A stretch of 64,000 bases of DNA from Octopus sinensis (taxonomy: Eukaryota), in NCBI RefSeq assembly GCF_006345805.1, contig NC_042999.1, positions 61,132,001 to 61,196,000 of the forward strand. The letters run 5' to 3'. The notes under the pieces are model-generated. The model did no database searches. It saw only the letters and a list, made by a program, of their open reading frames with translations, and was not told the origin of the DNA. The translations under genes and the position numbers were made by a program. Below are positions 1-12,614 of this stretch, piece by piece; within the stretch, counting starts at the first letter, position 1, and every line of letters begins with the position of its first letter.

Positions 1-745
1 TGCCAAACTTGTTCATTAGAATACAAAACACTATGAACAGCTTCATTTGCAACAAGAGATATGACCGGAGAGAAGATTGTGCACAAGAAGTACCTAAAAA
101 GGGCATAGAATACAGATGCCGATGACGTGAAGATAGTGCAGTTGTACAAAAGTATTGGGCTGAAAGCTAAGACTAAAGGCTTGAAACTTGCTACATAAAG
201 TCAGAGTATTGCATTGAGGTTACATTCGCTTTATCAATGATCTATAATGCAGGATCTATGAAAATCATAAAGAAGCCATCGACGACATTGTCTCTGGATA
301 CTTGTAAGTAGCGATTACCGAATATATCCGCAGGTGTAATACAGCAGAGGCATCACTGCATTGAAAGATATACAGTTGCAAAATTAAGACTACTGAATAG
401 TGGTCTGAACAAATACCAAACTCGGCCACTGGCATCAATGATGTCTTCATATTCTGAAATATTCCCCATTATATTGGCATAGAGATAAACACCAGCCGAC
501 CTGGAATCGGTATCATGGAGTTAGAGGCTAGGACATGCACATTTATTAATAATACAGTTACAAAATTATGACTCCTGAGTAGATAGGTCTGAATAAATAC
601 CAAACTCGGTCACTGGCAACAATGATGTCTTCATATTCTGAAATATTCCCCTCTACTCTGACATAGAAATGAACACCAGCCCACCTGGCATCGGTATCAT
701 GGAGTAAGGGACTAGGACATGCATATTTATTGATAATACATTACT
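1..745 (+). mobile_element. Decayed R4/Dong-like (RLE-type) non-LTR retrotransposon, C-terminal region, with an internal 184-bp tandem duplication
   Basis: Manual + strand translation through stops gives GLKAKTKGLKLAT*SQSIAL, then EAIDDIVSGYL*VAITEYIRRCNTAEASLH*KI and EINTSRPGIGIM. These match the decayed ET(I)xHIVSGC..LA..EY..RH zinc-knuckle region and the NRPDI nuclease motif. Segment ~370-553 is repeated at ~554-740 (period 184). Confidence 0.7.
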
Positions 746-1074
746 TTCTGAATGAAATACTTCTTCAAGGTCTTAGTGAATGTTTACGTGTACAAAGATT
801 TGAAGATCGAAATCAACTAGATGTGGATTGCGGATCCTGAAATAACATCGGTAGTAGTTAGAGAATTAGGGTTCATAAACGAGGAAAAGAACAGTTCACT
901 ACGTTTATTATGGGTAACGTGAAAATTTATGTTGTCCAGAATATCGCACTGTTTGGTACAACACAGATACTACGGAAATTCCAGTCACTGAAGTGAGACT
1001 TTCACTAGACTACCTCAAGCACCTAATTTTGACCTGGCTCTATAGAATATAAAGTGGGAAGTATAAAATTCAAC

Positions 1075-1122
1075 AGTAGTAGTAGGCGTGGTAGTAGCTG
1101 TAGCAGCAACAGCAGCAGCAGC

Positions 1123-1161
<39 letters not shown>

Positions 1162-1257
1162 TGTAGTTGTAGTAGTAGCAGCAGCAGCAGCAACAGCAGC
1201 AGCAATATCATCATCATCATCAGCAGCAGCAGCAGCACCAGCAGTAGTAGTAGTAGC

Positions 1258-1288
<31 letters not shown>

Positions 1289-1310
1289 ATAGTAGTAGTA
1301 GTAGTAGTAA

Positions 1311-1353
<43 letters not shown>
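1075..1353. repeat. Compound trinucleotide microsatellite (AGT)n/(AGC)n/(ATC)n
   Basis: Read directly; it explains the poly-S/T/V/L ORFs. Confidence 0.98.
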
Positions 1354-1392
1354 TACGACGATGGTAATAATGATTTCCAACGTATTAACTAT

Positions 1393-1581
1393 TTTACCTG
1401 TTTCAGTCATTTGACTGCGGGCATGCTGGAGCACCGCCTTTAGTCGAACAAATCGACCCCAGGACGTATTCTTTGTAAGCCTAGTACTTATTCTATCGAT
1501 AGGTTATGTGGACGTAAACACACCAGCATCTGTTGTCAAGCGATGTTGTGGGGACAAATACAGACACACAAACACATACAA

Positions 1582-1653
<72 letters not shown>

Positions 1654-1830
1654 TATATATATATACACGGCGGGCTTCTTTCAGTTTCCGTCAACCAAAT
1701 CCACTCACAAGGCTTTGGTCGGCCCGAGGCTATAGCAGAAGACACTTGCCCAAGGTTCCATGCAGTGGGACTGGACCGTGAACCATGTGGTTGGGAGGCA
1801 AGCTTCTTACCACAGTACCACTCCTGCGCC
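1393..1830 (-). mobile_element. tRNA-derived SINE, family 1 (head GGCGCAGGAGTGG.., internal (TA)n/(TG)n microsatellite)
   Basis: Reverse complement aligns with the complete copy at 27800-28288; A/B-box-like head. Confidence 0.9.
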
Positions 1831-2302
1831 TAACAAGAACTATATAAAATTTTATTAGTATTAGTATTAATAGTGCTAAATATAATGATGGTGGAAATGT
1901 TAAATTTTTTTGTGCATGCGATATAACCATCTCTAACGACCACATTGCAATGCAACAATACTTTGCAATAAATTATTATTTCAAATACTTAGAAGTAACT
2001 AAAACTAACTCAGCAGTTTTGAAAATATAATTATAGAGAAGAGTGTCTTTGCAAGAAAGACACTGTAATTTAATAGACGCTTTCTCCGATCTTCAATTAG
2101 AAAGCAACAAAATGAAATATATTGAAATATGCACCTGTGTCTTGTGACTGAAAACCATCTTGCATCGGCAAAAATAATTAAACATAAAAATGAAGAAAAC
2201 GCACGTATGTATGTAGTGATAATAATTTCTAACATAGCCATTGCGTACACACAGTGTAGAGAGTGTAGGAAAAAATAAAACTTTTCAAAAATGGCTTATT
2301 AT

Positions 2303-2515
2303 CTTTTACGTGTTTCAGTCATTGGACTGCGGTCATACTGGAGAACTGCACTAATGTGTTTAGTTGATCAAATCCACTCCAGTACTTATACTTAACTCTC
2401 TTACTTATACTATCGGTCTCTGTTCCGAGCTGCTACGTTTCGGAAATGCTACCAAACCAACTCCGGTTATCAGTTAGTGTGTGCGGAGTAACAATCACTC
2501 AGACACAATCACGTG
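2303..2515 (-). mobile_element. SINE family 1, 3' half only, diverged
   Basis: TTTCAGTCATTGGACTGCGGTCATACTGGAG matches the family-1 tail. Confidence 0.7.
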
Positions 2516-2598
2516 TATATATATATACCGGAGTAAACACATACAAGTGAAACAAGGGGGAAAAGAGTACTCAAATACCAGAGGTAGAGTAATATGCC

Positions 2599-2679
2599 TT
2601 ATGTAAAAGCAGCAGAAATTTAATAAAATCTGTTACTCCGAGTAACAGCTTTTGTTAAATTTCTGCTGCTTTTAAATAA
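2599..2679. repeat. Near-perfect palindrome (35-bp arms, 1-nt spacer)
   Basis: 2604-2638 TAAAAGCAGCAGAAATTTAATAAAATCTGTTACTC versus 2640-2674 reverse complement, 33/35 identical. Confidence 0.95.
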
Positions 2680-2719
2680 AGTATATATATATTATATATA
2701 TATATTATATATATATACT

Positions 2720-2757
2720 TGCAAATGAATGGGTGGCGTTCGATTATATAATAGTAT

Positions 2758-2824
<67 letters not shown>

Positions 2825-2872
2825 CACCACCTGTCTTCGTCTTTTGTTTTTTTGAACTCTCCCTATATATAT

Positions 2873-2946
<74 letters not shown>

Positions 2947-3780
2947 TATGTACATACCTACATATATATGTACATACCTACATATATATGTATATACACA
3001 TGTATATCTGGTACAGGACGTCAAGTAAACGTGAACAACAAGAAAAACGAGAACATGAAAAACAAAGACATGGCAAACCAACTTTTTTCGAACAACGAAA
3101 GAAACAACTAGAAAAACAAGCAACATAAAGAACAATCCCTTCATCAGTTGCCCACTGTTTTATCTACACCGCATTTTGAGGTTAGGACAAGATGCGTCTT
3201 CGTCAAAACTGTCGTTCCCGCAAAGCAAAATAAATTAAAATTTGGTATTTGCAGAGGGTTAAATTTGGTAACAAAAACAGGACAGTTAAAACAAACGGTA
3301 AGGGCTGTTAAACCATATCGAGGTGAAGTGGTGAAAGCTGGAGAATCAAGATTTGACAGGAGACAGATAAAAATGTGTGCTGTCCATTGTATTGTAAGGA
3401 GGAGAAAGAAAGATAGCCGGTGGTCACGTGAGAGCAACGAGAAAGTCAAGGCGGAAGAGAGAGACAGGTACAGAATGGTGAAGGGGAGTAGATGAATTAG
3501 AGGGAGGGTGGTAGAGAAAGCAGAATGAAAGAAGCAGAGAGGGAGAATATAGATAGTGATAGAATAATGATAGAAATCAATTGCAGCGTGGAAGGTGTTT
3601 ATAAGCCATTTAAGAAACGCCTTCCACGCTGCAATTGTTTTCGTTCCAGCACACGATTTCAGATCAAGTCCCTCGCTATGCAAGTACATCTCCGTAATGA
3701 GAGAAATGTTGCATCGGAATTATTAAGTTAACCTTACTGGGAAATGGATGTGTGGCGTTCGATCATATAATAACGTACAT

Positions 3781-3790
<10 letters not shown>
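2720..3790. mobile_element. Cluster of Penelope-like terminal-repeat remnants nested in (TA)n
   Basis: 2940-3300 resembles 41581-41940 and the reverse complement of 60030-60260. CTGATGA box on the minus strand at 3141-3147. A ~38-bp direct repeat (..GTGGCGTTCGAT.ATATAATA) occurs at ~2723 and ~3743. 2822-2865 matches the end of the 13690-13872 element. The Penelope assignment is inferred. Confidence 0.5.
3573..3642. repeat. Hairpin with 23-bp core stem and ~14-nt loop
   Basis: CAATTGCAGCGTGGAAGGTGTTT / AAACGCCTTCCACGCTGCAATTG, 22/23 complementary. Confidence 0.9.
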
Positions 3791-3816
<26 letters not shown>

Positions 3817-3821
<5 letters not shown>

Positions 3822-4050
3822 GGACAACAAGGTGCCAATGTTTGCTGAAAATAGCAGTCGATAACCGTACGATTCTATGTAAAGATTCACTAAATGTATA
3901 GAAGCAAGGATGTGTGCGAGTGGCGGTCGAAAGTTTTATATATTCGACACTCGCACACATCTTTGCCTCTGTAATTCAGTGAAGCCTTACATAGCGTTAC
4001 GGTTATCGCCTGCTATTTCCAGCAAATATTTGTGTCTTGTTGTGCCACTA
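3817..4050. repeat. Foldback element, ~110-bp arms, adjacent to (TA)n
   Basis: 3817-3931 versus reverse complement of 3943-4050, roughly 80% identity by eye; ~11-nt loop. Confidence 0.9.
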
Positions 4051-4221
4051 TTTTCTCTTTATAATTCAACCTTTACGGTACTTATTGCTGGAAAATAATG
4101 CTATTGTATTTTAATATTATTTATAATTTATATATTTATCTATACACACACACACATACACAAGGCGAAGATAGAGAGTGCAAATAATGAGAATGATGTG
4201 TGTGTATATGGAGAGAGACAA

Positions 4222-4375
4222 ATGACATAGTAGTTAAGGGCTTGCATTCCTGATCGAAAAGTTGTGGTTTCGAATCCCTGGACTGGGCAATGCCTTTGTG
4301 TTCTGAAGCAAAACACTTTTCAAATTCCTCAAGTCCACCCAAAATCCCGGGAAACCTGCGTATGAACCAATGACT
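4222..4375 (+). mobile_element. Degenerate head-A SINE
   Basis: TAGTAGTTAAGGGC..GGTTTCGAATCCC..TGTGTTCTGAAGCAAAACACTT resembles the reverse complement of 11282-11517. Confidence 0.55.
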
Positions 4376-5913
4376 CAAGAATGATCGTTGGTCCTTTTTT
4401 CACAACATACATACACAGACACGGTGCTCGAGTGCTCGCATACTCACACATGCGTCGATTTTATCCGTACAGTTCCGGTTCAGCAGTGCAGCACTGCTTT
4501 TGTATGTACGTTTCTCAGTTTAGTTTTCTTTCCATTTTACTTTCGCCTTACTCTGTAAATTGTGAGAGTTAGCTAGAAAATAAACTAAAGTATCAACTTA
4601 GAATTATTGGTTTTATTATATATTCTTAATTATTTTCTGGATTGAAAGGAAGAATTTCAAATATCATGAAAGTCAATTTCTCTGGAATCGATATTTAATA
4701 TATTTAACCAATTCCAATATGCTAAGGCTTCGACAGAGTCTATGAAACGGTTTTATATAAACGAAACGGCTATAAGATAAATATCTAAAAGCGGAGGAAA
4801 ATCATATCGAATGTAATTCTGGATTTTCAGTAACTTTAAAGATACATCTATTTTAGTAAATGGTTCTATGTGGTTTATGGTTGTCTTTTTTCTCCCTTTA
4901 TTTATTAATAATGTCGTTAGGTACCAATATTGGTTTTATTTATATGATTTCCCTTTATTCAGTAACTCGCGGAAACCATTCTACCTTAGAAACAGAGGGA
5001 CAACTGCATTATATATTTGTGTATCTATATCTTTGTATGTATTATATGAATATACATATATGCATGCATTCATGTATGTATATGTATGTCTTTGTATGTG
5101 TATCAGTGACAGTGTCTGTGTGTGTGTGTGTGTGTGTGTATGTGCGGGGGTGCATTGTATGTGTGAGTATAACCGTGTGTGTGTTTATGAGATCTATATA
5201 TATTATATACACAAAATATACGCACACATCTAAATGAATGTAAATTTATGTTCAATGTACGAGCCTAATTGATACCTTATATTTATTCATTTTTCATTTT
5301 TCTATTTATTCATTGATGGCGATGATATATAGTTACTTTCCTAAAACCATAAGGAAAGTTACTGAAAAATCCTAACCTAGATTTCGTTACAAAAGTTCTT
5401 TTGTGAAAGATAAGAAGGATATAAAATATATTTATGGTGAGCTATATTCTGATAGAAAAGGTAATCCTGGTTATTCTCTCTATAAGCCCCGATATATTGT
5501 CAATAAAATGCTTTTCTGTAGTTTATCATATGGGCAGATAGAAGTTATCAGAGAATCATACAGACTGATTCAGTTTTTATTGTGTATGATAGCTTATACG
5601 TAAGTTATTGGTTTTCAGCTATGAATGAAGATCACCTGGGTTTCTTGATAAGGAGTTGTCTGTTGAGGTCATTAATGAATAACTATGTCTCAGTAAGTAA
5701 ACTACTCAGAGAATGCGCTTCCTCATAAATAAGACCAGAGTTGATCGTTTCTGTTCGGAAATGCCATATATATGAATGTATAGGCAGATATATAAGCCTT
5801 TATATGTGTATGCATATGAATATATATGCGATTGCATCTACGAATGTAAATGTAAAAATAAGGAGGAAAATTTGAAACAAAAAGCATAAACTTTTAAGCT
5901 AGTGAGTACACAC

Positions 5914-5950
<37 letters not shown>

Positions 5951-5997
5951 TACATATATATGTATATATATGTATATATATATATGATATTGATATA

Positions 5998-6031
<34 letters not shown>

Positions 6032-6102
6032 ATATTCAAAAATGATGTACAATATAAGGAGCAGAAGAATTAAGACTATGTATATAAATACATACATTCA
6101 CG

Positions 6103-6144
<42 letters not shown>

Positions 6145-7724
6145 ATTATGCATACTTCCTTACGTACACAAACACACACACTCACATATATATAAATTAT
6201 CATTACTTTTCGAGCAAATGCAATAGAATAATGTTAGACAATGAAAGAGAATCGGTTGATATTTTCACATGACTAGTACATTTCGGCTAAGTACGTATTT
6301 CGCTTAATATAAATCATATTCATCATTTGAAATTTCCCACAAGATGACAGATAAAATCATGTGCAGAAGATTTGCGACGGCTCTATCAACGAGTGGAATA
6401 AGGACGTTAATTCTAAAAGTACATTCTCTGATTTTAGTGTAGAATAAGAAGAGCTTGCCATTTTCTCAAGAGCCAATTGAAAATTAATTCATGAATGTAC
6501 CTTTCTTAATGTGTTTTTATGTGAGAATAAACTGAACGTTTGATGCACATTTTCTGAAAGACTTTGCCAATAGTGTAGTGTAGTGTGTGTGTGTGTGCGT
6601 GTGTGTGTGGGTGTGTGTCTGTGTGTGTCTGTGTGTGTGTCTGTGTGTGTGTTCGCATCCACAGAAATAACTGATAATCGGTTTTCAGTTTCTGAATAAT
6701 ATTTCTGGTTTTATCCTCCTAAGAACTTAATTTATATTTCTGAAAGAAGAAAATTTATGAGAAAGTTGGTACTGTTAAATTCCCAATAAGTGTTTGTATG
6801 TTGCATGTTTGTAGTCTAAATATGTTTAGTCTTGCAATCACGTAGATCCGCAAGCGACCACGTTGTCCTGCATCTATCGTAACTACTTGTAGTAAAGCTT
6901 TCGGTTGACCAGTATTTTGCAAAAAAAAATAATGAGAACGAAACCAAGCAGGAGTTCTCTGAGACAAACTAGAAATTTATATACTCCTTTACTTGTCACA
7001 GTCATTTGACTGTGGCCATGTTTCGGTTTATTTTATCTTACACAACATATGAATTCATTGCTATGTTTAATAATTTACTAAACTCCAGCACCCTTTTTCA
7101 TATACAGTTATTTAAAATTGGAATTAAACCTATAAAGTTAAAAATATGTATTATTTTAAATTTTGTATTCTATCGAAAGGTTGTCGTGGCCTTTTTTAAA
7201 CCTTTTCAAAATAGCCTACTTTTGTACCTTTTCGTAGAGCAATTTCAGTTCAGTAATCTTTAAAATATATAAATACAGTTTTATTCTACATCTTTCTTGC
7301 GTTTACAAGGATTTAGGCGGCGGAAATCCTGAATGTGTGAATTTAGTGCCACCTAGTGATTATAGATTAAAAAGCCAATAACTCCGAAGCTATTTCCGAA
7401 ACTATTTTCCGAAACTGCAAAGCTGGAATTTCAGATATACTATTTCTGCATAGCATTGAGTCATCACGCCAAGTTTTTGTAAAACTTGAGCAGTGGTTAC
7501 GAACCGCCCCCTAGAATTTTGCATGAATTGGGTCAAAAGGGATGATCGATTATTTTTTTGAAATTATTCATCGAATTACAGTATGGCGTTATAAGGTTGT
7601 GGAAATGTCATAACGCTAGTATATATATATATATATATCTTCATCTCATAAATATTGCGTTTTCTAATATTCCACTTATTTTTCAAAATTAAGATGATAA
7701 ACAAAGTTCTTTTTTTTTTATCAA

Positions 7725-8385
7725 AAAAACTGCAGAATAAATGATAATCAAATTGGGTAACGTCCAGCGAATATGGTGAGTGGGGAATTGTTTCCCATTC
7801 AAACTGCTCCTGCATTTGGAATGTAATCCTCGCTTTTTATGGCCGAGCATTATTCTGATGAAAGAATACCTTTTATCTTTAAACCAAAGATGGACGTTTT
7901 TCTTCTAGCGATGACTTAAGATCTCCTTTGTTATCATTTGGTTGGGGGTAAAAAGTTCAAACTTAAGAGAGTAACCTTTTCATACCTCACCAATCAGATA
8001 ACACCTGATGTGGGTGAATACCTTCTTCAGCCTGGGGTGCTGGTGTTTCTCCTTTCCCTACCACTGTCTTCGGCGCTTGACATCTTTATAGCGAACTCAT
8101 TTCTCGTCACCCATCACTGTTCGGTTCAAAAAAGGTTCATTCGTTTGAGGTGTCAGCATAGAGGAGCATACATTCGCTCCATGTGCGCACTTACACTCGG
8201 AAAGTTTGTGAAGAACCCTTTGACCCAATTTGCTGACTTTTCCGATAGCACGAAGGTGTCAATAAATAGTTCAATCCAATTTTCTATATGTTCCCCAATA
8301 GTTACGATGGGATTTTGTTCCACCAGGGTTTGCAGGTCTATCGATCTCTACAAATATTCCAAGACGAAGTTCGTCTTCTAGGCTG
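7725..8385 (-). mobile_element. Mariner (DD34D) transposase pseudogene, catalytic domain
   Basis: Minus-strand translation gives FLNRTVMGDEK*VRY, VFFHQNNARP and EWETIPHSPYSLDVTQFDYHLF, matching mariner TGDEKW, HDNARPH and HPPYSPDLAPSDYHLF; stops and frameshifts present. Confidence 0.92.
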
Positions 8386-8399
8386 TGAATGCACACTAT

Positions 8400-8545
8400 C
8401 ATTGTAGCCCACTTCCTCTGATTACAGCAGTGCTTCGAAGGAAGCTGTGTAGTGTTTTATTGACTCATTAACCAGAGAAGGTTGAGCAGAGAATCTGCAT
8501 CAAAGTTAGCCACAAGCTCGGCGATACCTGCTCAGTGACCTACGC
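8400..8545 (+). mobile_element. Mariner 5' fragment (start of transposase)
   Basis: Encodes ..KVEQRICIKVSHKLGDTCSVTYAKF, a mariner N-terminal HTH start; homologous to the reverse complement of ~8915-9050. Confidence 0.75.
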
Positions 8546-9168
8546 AAAGTTTTCAAAAACGTTTTCATCGTTCTCGACACAATCAAAGAGATCTTGTGCA
8601 AATGAAACCAGGGCGTCGTTTTGGTTAGCTGAAAGTAGTTTTGGCACAAAAATAGCATACGCGCGTCTCTTACCCAAATCTTCAGTGATAATGGACTGAA
8701 CTGAACCGAAACTAATCTGCACATCCTCTCATCTCTGACAGATAGTGATTCGACGATTTCCCTTACTGCTGCACGCATATCTGCGATGTTTTTCTCAGTT
8801 CTACTGGTTGTGGGTCTCCCAGAACGTTCGTCAATATTAACAATTTTTCGGTAATATTGGAAACTTCTTAAGCAATTGTACACTTCTGTGCAGCTTATAT
8901 ACTCCTCTCCATACACTTTCTGCAACTTCGCGTAGGACTATGAGCAGGTATCACCATAACCACTTTCTCTGTCATGGTCAATGCGGCGATCGCACGCGGC
9001 ATACCTCCCTCCCAGGCACTGATGCTAACAACGGAATTGAGCTAGAGCGTTAAAACGTATTGAGCATGCACAGGAATTTCACGGTCAATCTTTACCAAGC
9101 GGCTTTACTCTGAATACTTTAGCTTCGTTACTATGGCAATAGTCCGGATATCTATTGATCAGACCTCG
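8546..9168 (-). mobile_element. Mariner 5' half with TIR
   Basis: ORF-track peptides KVYGEEYISCTEVY..DERSGRPTTSRT and IFVPKLL (WVPxxL motif). Terminus reads TA|CGAGGTCTGATCAATAG on the minus strand (TA at 9169-9170). Confidence 0.9.
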
Positions 9169-9545
9169 TATAAGAGCATTTCACCAAGATACGCTGTACT
9201 GATATGGATCACTAAGATCGTATTTGATAAGTGAACTTCTAAACTATGCCAATACCTGTACATACATTCATGTACACACTCATATATATATATGTGTGTG
9301 TGTGTATATATATATACATACTGACATACATGTGTGTTTGTATGTGCGTTTATGTGCGCGTGAGTGCGTATACATACATATACACATATATGCAAACATA
9401 TGAGTACATACGTTTATGTGGGGGCGTATGTGTATATATGGTTGTGTGTGTATTTGTAAATATATCTATCTATACACACACAAACACACACAAACACATA
9501 CATATGCATATATATGTGTGTATGTATATATATGTGTGTGTGTAT

Positions 9546-9621
<76 letters not shown>

Positions 9622-10614
9622 CATATATAAACATATGTATACACGCACATATATATACACACACATATACGTATGATTGTGCGTGTTATTTACATATACG
9701 TGTATGCATTAGCGTATACGCACGTATGTGTGTGTGCGCGCGCGTGTACACGCACGTATATGTGTGTGCGTGCGCGCGCGGGTGTACGTTCGTGTGTCCG
9801 TGCTTGCAACCGTGCATACGTGAGTGCGTATTTATGTTGTTTCCATAATTGTCGAAGATCTTCGTATTAACTAGGTTGACCTTGTTTCATTCTTATCTCG
9901 TAATTGGTTCAGTGAAGTATGAAATGGTGTCCATTATTTTCACTTTGTTTGATGCCAGAGAAGAAAGTATAGCGTGAGTGGGTGAATCATAATATCCTGG
10001 GAAATATCCCTTATAGGATTTGGTTCAACTCTTTACGTTCTGAATTCAAACTTCGTCGGGGTCAAATTTGTCTTTCATCGTTCAAGATTTCTATGGTCAT
10101 GAAAGTAGCAGTCAAGTACACAGTAAAGTAGAATTAATTGAGTGTCGATCTGTGCCAACATCATTGTGCTATAATGAAGAGTGACAGAATAAAGCCTGAA
10201 TCCCCGCCCAACCGTAGGATTTCGGTAAGTGATGTGGTGCTTCGACACACGGTTTCATATACATTTTCCTCACCTCATTATTTCCTATGGTATCACTATT
10301 ACAGCTATTACAAACAACTGGCAGATATGCGTACACATCCTATTTCACTTTTACACATACGCACACATTCCCACACGTACGCGCACAAATACACACACAC
10401 ACACACACATAGCCTCTCCCTCTCTCTGTCACTCGCTTTCTCTCTCTTTCTCTCTCGCTCTCTCTCTTTTTCTCTCTCCTTAAATATCTGTCAATGCAAT
10501 CTCCACTAAAAGGGCAATTCAAAAAGAAAAGGAACTTAGGCAGGGGAGTGAATTTTACTAAGTTTTATTATATATTCACAGTAGTGTTTAGATTTGAATG
10601 AAAATATCTCTGTT

Positions 10615-10678
10615 GCAAAAATGTCTAATTATCTCCGCCTGTGACGGGGAGAACAGGGTTTGATTCCCCGCCGGGGAG
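10615..10678 (+). pseudogene. tRNA-Asp(GTC)-derived pseudogene (5' arm decayed, anticodon now GTG)
   Basis: ATCTCCGCCTGTGACGGGGAGAACAGGGTTTGATTCCCCGCCGGGGAG versus canonical eukaryotic tRNA-Asp 3' part ATCCCCGCCTGTCACGCGGGAGACCGGGGTTCGATTCCCCGACGGGGAG; T-rich run follows. Confidence 0.75.
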
Positions 10679-10697
10679 GCATACGTATTTTCTTTTT

Positions 10698-11130
10698 AGG
10701 CCAGGAGTGGCTCTGTGATAAGTAGCATATTTACTAACCACATGGTTCCATGTTCAGTCCTACTGCGTGGCACATTGGGTAAGTGTTTTCTACTATAGCC
10801 TCGGGCCGACCAAAGCCTTGTGAGTGGATTTGGTAGACGGAAACTAAAAGAAGTCCGTCGTACATATATATATATATATATAATATATATATATATAATA
10901 TATATATATATATATACGACGGATTTCTTTTAGTTTGTGTCTGTGTTTGTCGCCCCAAAATCGCTTGACAACCGCTGGTGGTATGTTTACGTCATTGTAA
11001 CTTAGCGGCTCGGCAAAAGTTAAACGATAAAACAAGTACTAGACTGCCAAAGAATAAGTCCTGGGGTCCATTTGTTCGATTGAAGGCGGTGCTACAGCAT
11101 GGCCACAGTCAAATGACTGAAACACATAAA
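10698..11130 (+). mobile_element. SINE family 1, near full length
   Basis: Aligns with 27800-28288, including the internal (TA)n. Confidence 0.9.
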
Positions 11131-11281
11131 ACAATAAAATAATTTCTTATTGCAAGATGGAGTGTATAATTCATTTTATGATTTGAGACGTGGCTTCTCT
11201 GTACCTCATGCTGAGCAAACATTTATTTTCGCTTCGTTTGTTAATATACAGTACAGTTATTAATTAAAAAAAAATAATAAA

Positions 11282-11517
11282 TGCGCCCTTTTTAAAACCT
11301 TGCCAGGTTCATGGGTCCGGTTCCAGGTTTCTATGGTGTAAGTATTCCCCAGCTGGACGGAACGCCAGTCCATCGCAGGATTACTCATTTTTGCCAGCTG
11401 AGTGGACTGGAGCAACGTGAAATGAAGTTTTTTTGCTCAAGAACACAATGCGTCGCCCGGTCCAGGAACCGAAACCACAATCTTGCGATCATGAGCCTAA
11501 TGCCCTAACCACTAAGC
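11282..11517 (-). mobile_element. tRNA-derived SINE, head A + CORE-like body + tail X
   Basis: Reverse complement: GCTTAGTGGTTAGGGC..GGTTTCGGTTCC..TGTGTTCTTGAGCAA..CAGTCCACTCAGCTGGCAAAAATGAG..CCTGCGATGGACTGGCG. 12-bp TSD ACAGTTATTAAT at 11253 and 11524. Confidence 0.85.
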
Positions 11518-11549
11518 TTCCACACAGTTATTAATATTAGATTATTAGT

Positions 11550-11760
11550 TAAGGCAGTGAGCTGACAGAATCGTTAGCATGCGGGGGAAAATGCTTTGCG
11601 GTATTTCGTCCGTCTTTATGTTCTGAGTTCAAATTCCTCTGAAAATCGACTTTGCCATATATGCTTTCAGGGTCGATAAAATTAGAACCATCTAAACACT
11701 GGGGTCGATGTAATCGACTTACTCCTTCCACTGATATTGTTGGCCTTGAGCCAACAATAA
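11550..11760 (+). mobile_element. SINE family 2 (AAGGCGGCGAGCTGGCAGAA.. head)
   Basis: Matches 51305-51540; 14-bp TSD ATTAGATTATTAGT at 11536 and 11763. Confidence 0.85.
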
Positions 11761-11804
11761 TCATTAGATTATTAGTAAATATTAGAGATATTAGTATTAG
11801 TACT

Positions 11805-11990
11805 AAAGCGGCGAGCTGACAGACTGTTTACGGCGTTGGACCAAATGTTTGGCAGCATATTTTTCAGCATTTTACGGACTGCCTAGGTCAACGTTGTCCT
11901 TCTTTCCACCGAAATCATTAAATTAGTACCACTATGTAATCTACTTGCCCTCTCATCTTAAACTGCTGCCCTTACGCTAAAATTAATACA
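11805..11990 (+). mobile_element. Diverged SINE family 2 copy
   Basis: AAAGCGGCGAGCTGACAGA head and decayed body. Confidence 0.55.
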
Positions 11991-12614
11991 ATATTAGTGC
12001 TACACAGAACTTTCGACTAGAAGAAATGTTAGAGAATGAGACAAGATACCAATACCATATGTTATTCACGTTTGACTAATACTGTACTTAGTTCATGTAT
12101 TCTCGGGTCATCTTAAACTTCCTGGATTGTTAAAATAAAATACAAATAAAGTACTGTCTGGATATAAGTTCTTATGCGCTACTCTCAAAGATATGTGTCA
12201 GAGCTAGAAGTTAATATCAAACTAAGTCAATGAATATTATACAAAACAGTCAAATACCAGGAAAAATGTACCGAGTATGTATTTCTAACTCTTTATATTG
12301 TGCTATAAAGCAATGATCTCGCAAGCCCGTTAGAACGTCGGACAAATGCTCTACGACAATTCTCTTGGTTCTTTACCTTCTGAGATAAAATCCTGCTGAA
12401 GTCGGCTTTGCCTTTCACCAATTACAACGATTTTCCATTCCAGTACTGGCGTCGACCTAATCGATTTCTTCCAACACCTCGAACCTGTTGGCCTACAACG
12501 CACCGACAGCCTGTTCAGAGTAATGTTCTAACGTTACTTACTATGGGAACCGGGTAAGCGTCCACATGGACCCGAAGGCTTACGAAAAAATTATTTATGT
12601 ATGTTTTTTATTAT

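Noticed and set aside
1-740. Minus-strand fibronectin-III-like reading
   Set aside because: Stops in all frames; the + strand explains the region better as an R4/Dong LINE remnant.
3144-3689. 181-aa minus-strand ORF as a GIY-YIG or membrane protein
   Set aside because: Low-complexity antisense of a purine-rich tract; no convincing motif.
7938-8381. 147-aa + strand ORF
   Set aside because: Antisense to the mariner transposase remnant.
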